The notes below the pieces were generated by a model. It was not told the DNA's origin, did no database searches, and saw only the letters and a list, made by a program, of their open reading frames with translations. A stretch of 64,000 nt of DNA from an uncultured bacterium (GTDB lineage Bacteria > Babelota > Babeliae > Babelales > Vermiphilaceae). Shown here one piece after another: positions 61,349 to 64,000 of this stretch; position 1 is the stretch's first letter, and every line of letters begins with the position of its first letter. The position numbers were made by a program, and so were the translations under genes. The stretch lies in NCBI GenBank assembly GCA_963695335.1, contig OY968764.1:1088001-1152000 (forward strand), read 5' to 3'.

Positions 61349-62995
61349 TCAAAGGCTCATAAGCTCATCTTGTATACTCTCTTTAACCAGCTGAACAATC
61401 CCTTCAATCTTCTCTTGATCCCCCTCAAACACAATCCCTGAGTCGGAATTGAGCACTATTTTTACGTTAGCCCCTTCAAGATTAGCAACCGTAGCGCTAT
61501 CACCATGAAGTACGGTAAAATGGGTTCCCTCTTTTTCCAGACATCCAGTGATAATATGGAACATTTGGGTGGTCCCAATAAAAGGGAATTGCCCGATATT
61601 AAGTGCAAAAGCCTGATCTTTGGTGATTAAAGCAAGACGTTCAAAACCTTGCGCAAGCATAATTGGTGTTGCCACAGTGGTCAGTACTATCACCACAATT
61701 GCTATCACATAATGCGATGGCTGAATAATGCCTGATCCGAATAAAATAGTAGAAACAACAAGGCCAACTTCCCCGCGAGCAACCATAGATGAACCAAATA
61801 GATACGTGTCAAGTCCTGTCCACTGATAACTATCTTTATGAGCAAAACGGTTACTCAATGCAGTAGCCATCCAACACCCCACCAATTTAGAAATAATGGC
61901 AATCACCAAAAGTACTATAACCAAGAACCAGTCATACCCATTGAGCAATCTCACATCAAGTTGCAATCCTATTGATCCCAAAAATATAGGTAACAAAAAT
62001 GCATTAACAAAGGGGGAAATAACCTTCTCTGCTGCATGCCTGTGATCGCCCATACGATGAAACAAACCCGCAAAGTATGCACCGGTAATACCTGCTAATC
62101 CGCCAACAATTTCAGCAAACGCAAAATAAACAAGCATCACACCACTGGCTACGGGAGCAATAAGATGCGATAAATGAGAGCGTTTTAACCATTCAAGACT
62201 TGGACGCACAATATAATACCCCACACCACTCATCACAATAAATGCAATAACTATAGAAAGCATTGCAAAGCCCACCGATGTGCCATGACCTTGCAACATT
62301 GCTCCATCAACAGCTCCCAGAACCCCTGCTTGAACAGCCAAAGAAAAAACTGCTAATAAAATAACAGCAAAAATATCATCCGCAACCGCTGCACCCAATG
62401 CTGCTTTAGAGCTTTTGAGGTGCATTTTATTATACGCAAACAACATCGCTACCGGAATAGAAACACTTGTAGCAGCAAAGATAAGACCCATACCAAGAGC
62501 CTGTACCATATTCCATTCACCACCTAAACCATAATACAATGGTGCTGCAATCATAATGATAGGCAACACTGCACCAAAAATTCCGGCTAATATAGCAACA
62601 GGTCCAATAGAAAAAGCGTCTTGCAAATCAGTTTCATGCCCTGCAATCCACAAAAGATATGATACGGTTAATGCAGATGAAATAAGCAACACAACAAACA
62701 ACATAACATCATAACTCGCAAGGCTATACAACTGCCCTGTCATATGGTCAAGTAAAAGTAATGGTTGAGAAAAAAAAGAAAAAGCACCAACATTCAACAA
62801 TGATGGCCCGAGTAAAATACCTGCAACAATACGTCCGGCTATCACGGGAAGACCTAATAATTTTTTTAAAATTTTTCCCCATGTAATGGTCCACATCAGA
62901 ATAATAGCCAAAAATAGCGAAAATTGTGCAACAAATGCAGGCGATAAGCCTGCTGTAACGAGTAAACCTGCTGGGATAGTTAATTGATCTTGCAT
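61349..62995 (-). CDS. Cation:proton antiporter (CPA2/NapA-like)
   Basis: GILLGPS, AATSVSI, LGAAVADD, GAYFAG, MVARGEVGL. Confidence 0.9.
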   Translation of the reverse strand: MQDQLTIPAGLLVTAGLSPAFVAQFSLFLAIILMWTITWGKILKKLLGLPVIAGRIVAGILLGPSLLNVGAFSFFSQPLLLLDHMTGQLYSLASYDVMLFVVLLISSALTVSYLLWIAGHETDLQDAFSIGPVAILAGIFGAVLPIIMIAAPLYYGLGGEWNMVQALGMGLIFAATSVSIPVAMLFAYNKMHLKSSKAALGAAVADDIFAVILLAVFSLAVQAGVLGAVDGAMLQGHGTSVGFAMLSIVIAFIVMSGVGYYIVRPSLEWLKRSHLSHLIAPVASGVMLVYFAFAEIVGGLAGITGAYFAGLFHRMGDHRHAAEKVISPFVNAFLLPIFLGSIGLQLDVRLLNGYDWFLVIVLLVIAIISKLVGCWMATALSNRFAHKDSYQWTGLDTYLFGSSMVARGEVGLVVSTILFGSGIIQPSHYVIAIVVIVLTTVATPIMLAQGFERLALITKDQAFALNIGQFPFIGTTQMFHIITGCLEKEGTHFTVLHGDSATVANLEGANVKIVLNSDSGIVFEGDQEKIEGIVQLVKESIQDELMSL

Positions 62996-63076
62996 ACCAA
63001 TACTCCATTTATTAATAATTTTTTAAGACTTATTTAAATGTATATATATACCATATTTTGCGGCTTCTTAAAATAA

Positions 63077-63100
63077 ATAAAGCCCCAACTGGGGCTTTAT
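63077..63100 (-). terminator. Intrinsic terminator
   Basis: ATAAAGCCCCA-AC-TGGGGCTTTAT. Confidence 0.7.
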
Positions 63101-63125
63101 ACACACAAACAACTTTTTTAAAAAT

Positions 63126-64000
63126 TTATACCATAAAGAGATCATCACCTTTTTCAAAATCAACAATCAATTCTAAAAGCTTAATCCACAATGATTTTTG
63201 TGCAAAGCCTGTTGCATAATATGAGCTATCAATATCTTTCCACGGTAAATATATCGCAACGCCGCGAGCAAGATCTTGTGTGCTAAAACCACCACATCGA
63301 GCAACGATTAAAGAATCTGTTGTTCGATAAAAATTCTGCAAACTATCTTCTATTGCAAACAGATTATCTGACGATTTCATTTCTAATAATCCAACTTCTA
63401 TGAGTTTACAAAATGCTATAAGATCACTATACATTGGCCATAAACAAAATCGTGGGCTCAGGTTGCGAGCTTCAACAAGTATCTCTTCAATGCTAGGCGT
63501 CTGTAGCAACTGTTCAATAACAACATCTAATGCACGACTAACATTATATATATGCGATAAATCAAGTGCTGCATGAGTATATACACCAGAACTATCATGT
63601 TCGCTATAATATGCATCAAAAGCATCAACCATCCCCATACCAACTTCACGTACAGAAAACCCTTGATTAAGCACCGCCATTAATCCCTGATAATCAAACC
63701 CATCTGCTAAAGAACAACTTTGATTACCTACCAAATAATGCGCATACGGCGCAACCAAATATGCTATTTCAAACATGTCACCCATACATGTATCAAATGC
63801 AAGAATATCTATTTTTTGACCATTCAAAATATCACGATGAATAATTTCCAAACTTGCTACCACATCATTATTATTGAGATATGTGCGTGGATTAGTATTA
63901 AACATAAATCCTCGATGTTTTTTATGTTCTTTAATTGATTTAAGTGTGCAACCACATTGACTATTTAACGAACCCTCATCCATTTCCCACTCCTTGGTTA
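63126..64000 (-). CDS. Clostripain-family (C11) peptidase, N-terminus beyond the window
   Basis: IDILAFDTCMG..EIAY, YLVGNQ, DGFDY, GVAIYLP. Confidence 0.78.
   Translation of the reverse strand, partial: TKEWEMDEGSLNSQCGCTLKSIKEHKKHRGFMFNTNPRTYLNNNDVVASLEIIHRDILNGQKIDILAFDTCMGDMFEIAYLVAPYAHYLVGNQSCSLADGFDYQGLMAVLNQGFSVREVGMGMVDAFDAYYSEHDSSGVYTHAALDLSHIYNVSRALDVVIEQLLQTPSIEEILVEARNLSPRFCLWPMYSDLIAFCKLIEVGLLEMKSSDNLFAIEDSLQNFYRTTDSLIVARCGGFSTQDLARGVAIYLPWKDIDSSYYATGFAQKSLWIKLLELIVDFEKGDDLFMV

Overview
AT-rich bacterial window. Housekeeping genes (glyS, ktrAB, rplU, mutS, uvrA, rodA, ruvB, yebC, yicC, dnaE, pheS, galU, rsmG, gatCA, ppsA, prfA, rpmE, three tRNAs) are interspersed with many signal-peptide-bearing orphan, ankyrin, F-box-like and Skp1-like proteins. 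This gene content suggests an intracellular parasite of protists such as Ca. Dependentiae/Babeliae (inference, no search run). There is one complete ISAs1 element. The main unexplained structure is a set of small GC-rich hairpin repeats at about 25 loci. A ~30-nt hairpin (family B) sits exactly in frame inside fic (twice) and ppsA, and abuts the CCA of two tRNAs. A REP-like 70-135-nt family (A/D) includes a 75-nt copy in frame in a signal peptide. A GGGGACCCC double hairpin (family C) inserts into A/D copies. A 396-bp MITE-like element has ~120-bp inverted ends. Other points: a recurring 'signal peptide then Met-Glu' N-terminus, and signal peptides on normally cytoplasmic enzymes (myo-inositol oxygenase, GalU, beta-carbonic anhydrase, tandem HIT, MutS-like ATPase). 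Clustered frameshifts in dnaE and ppsA are most likely consensus errors. All calls are by motif recognition; no database searches were run.
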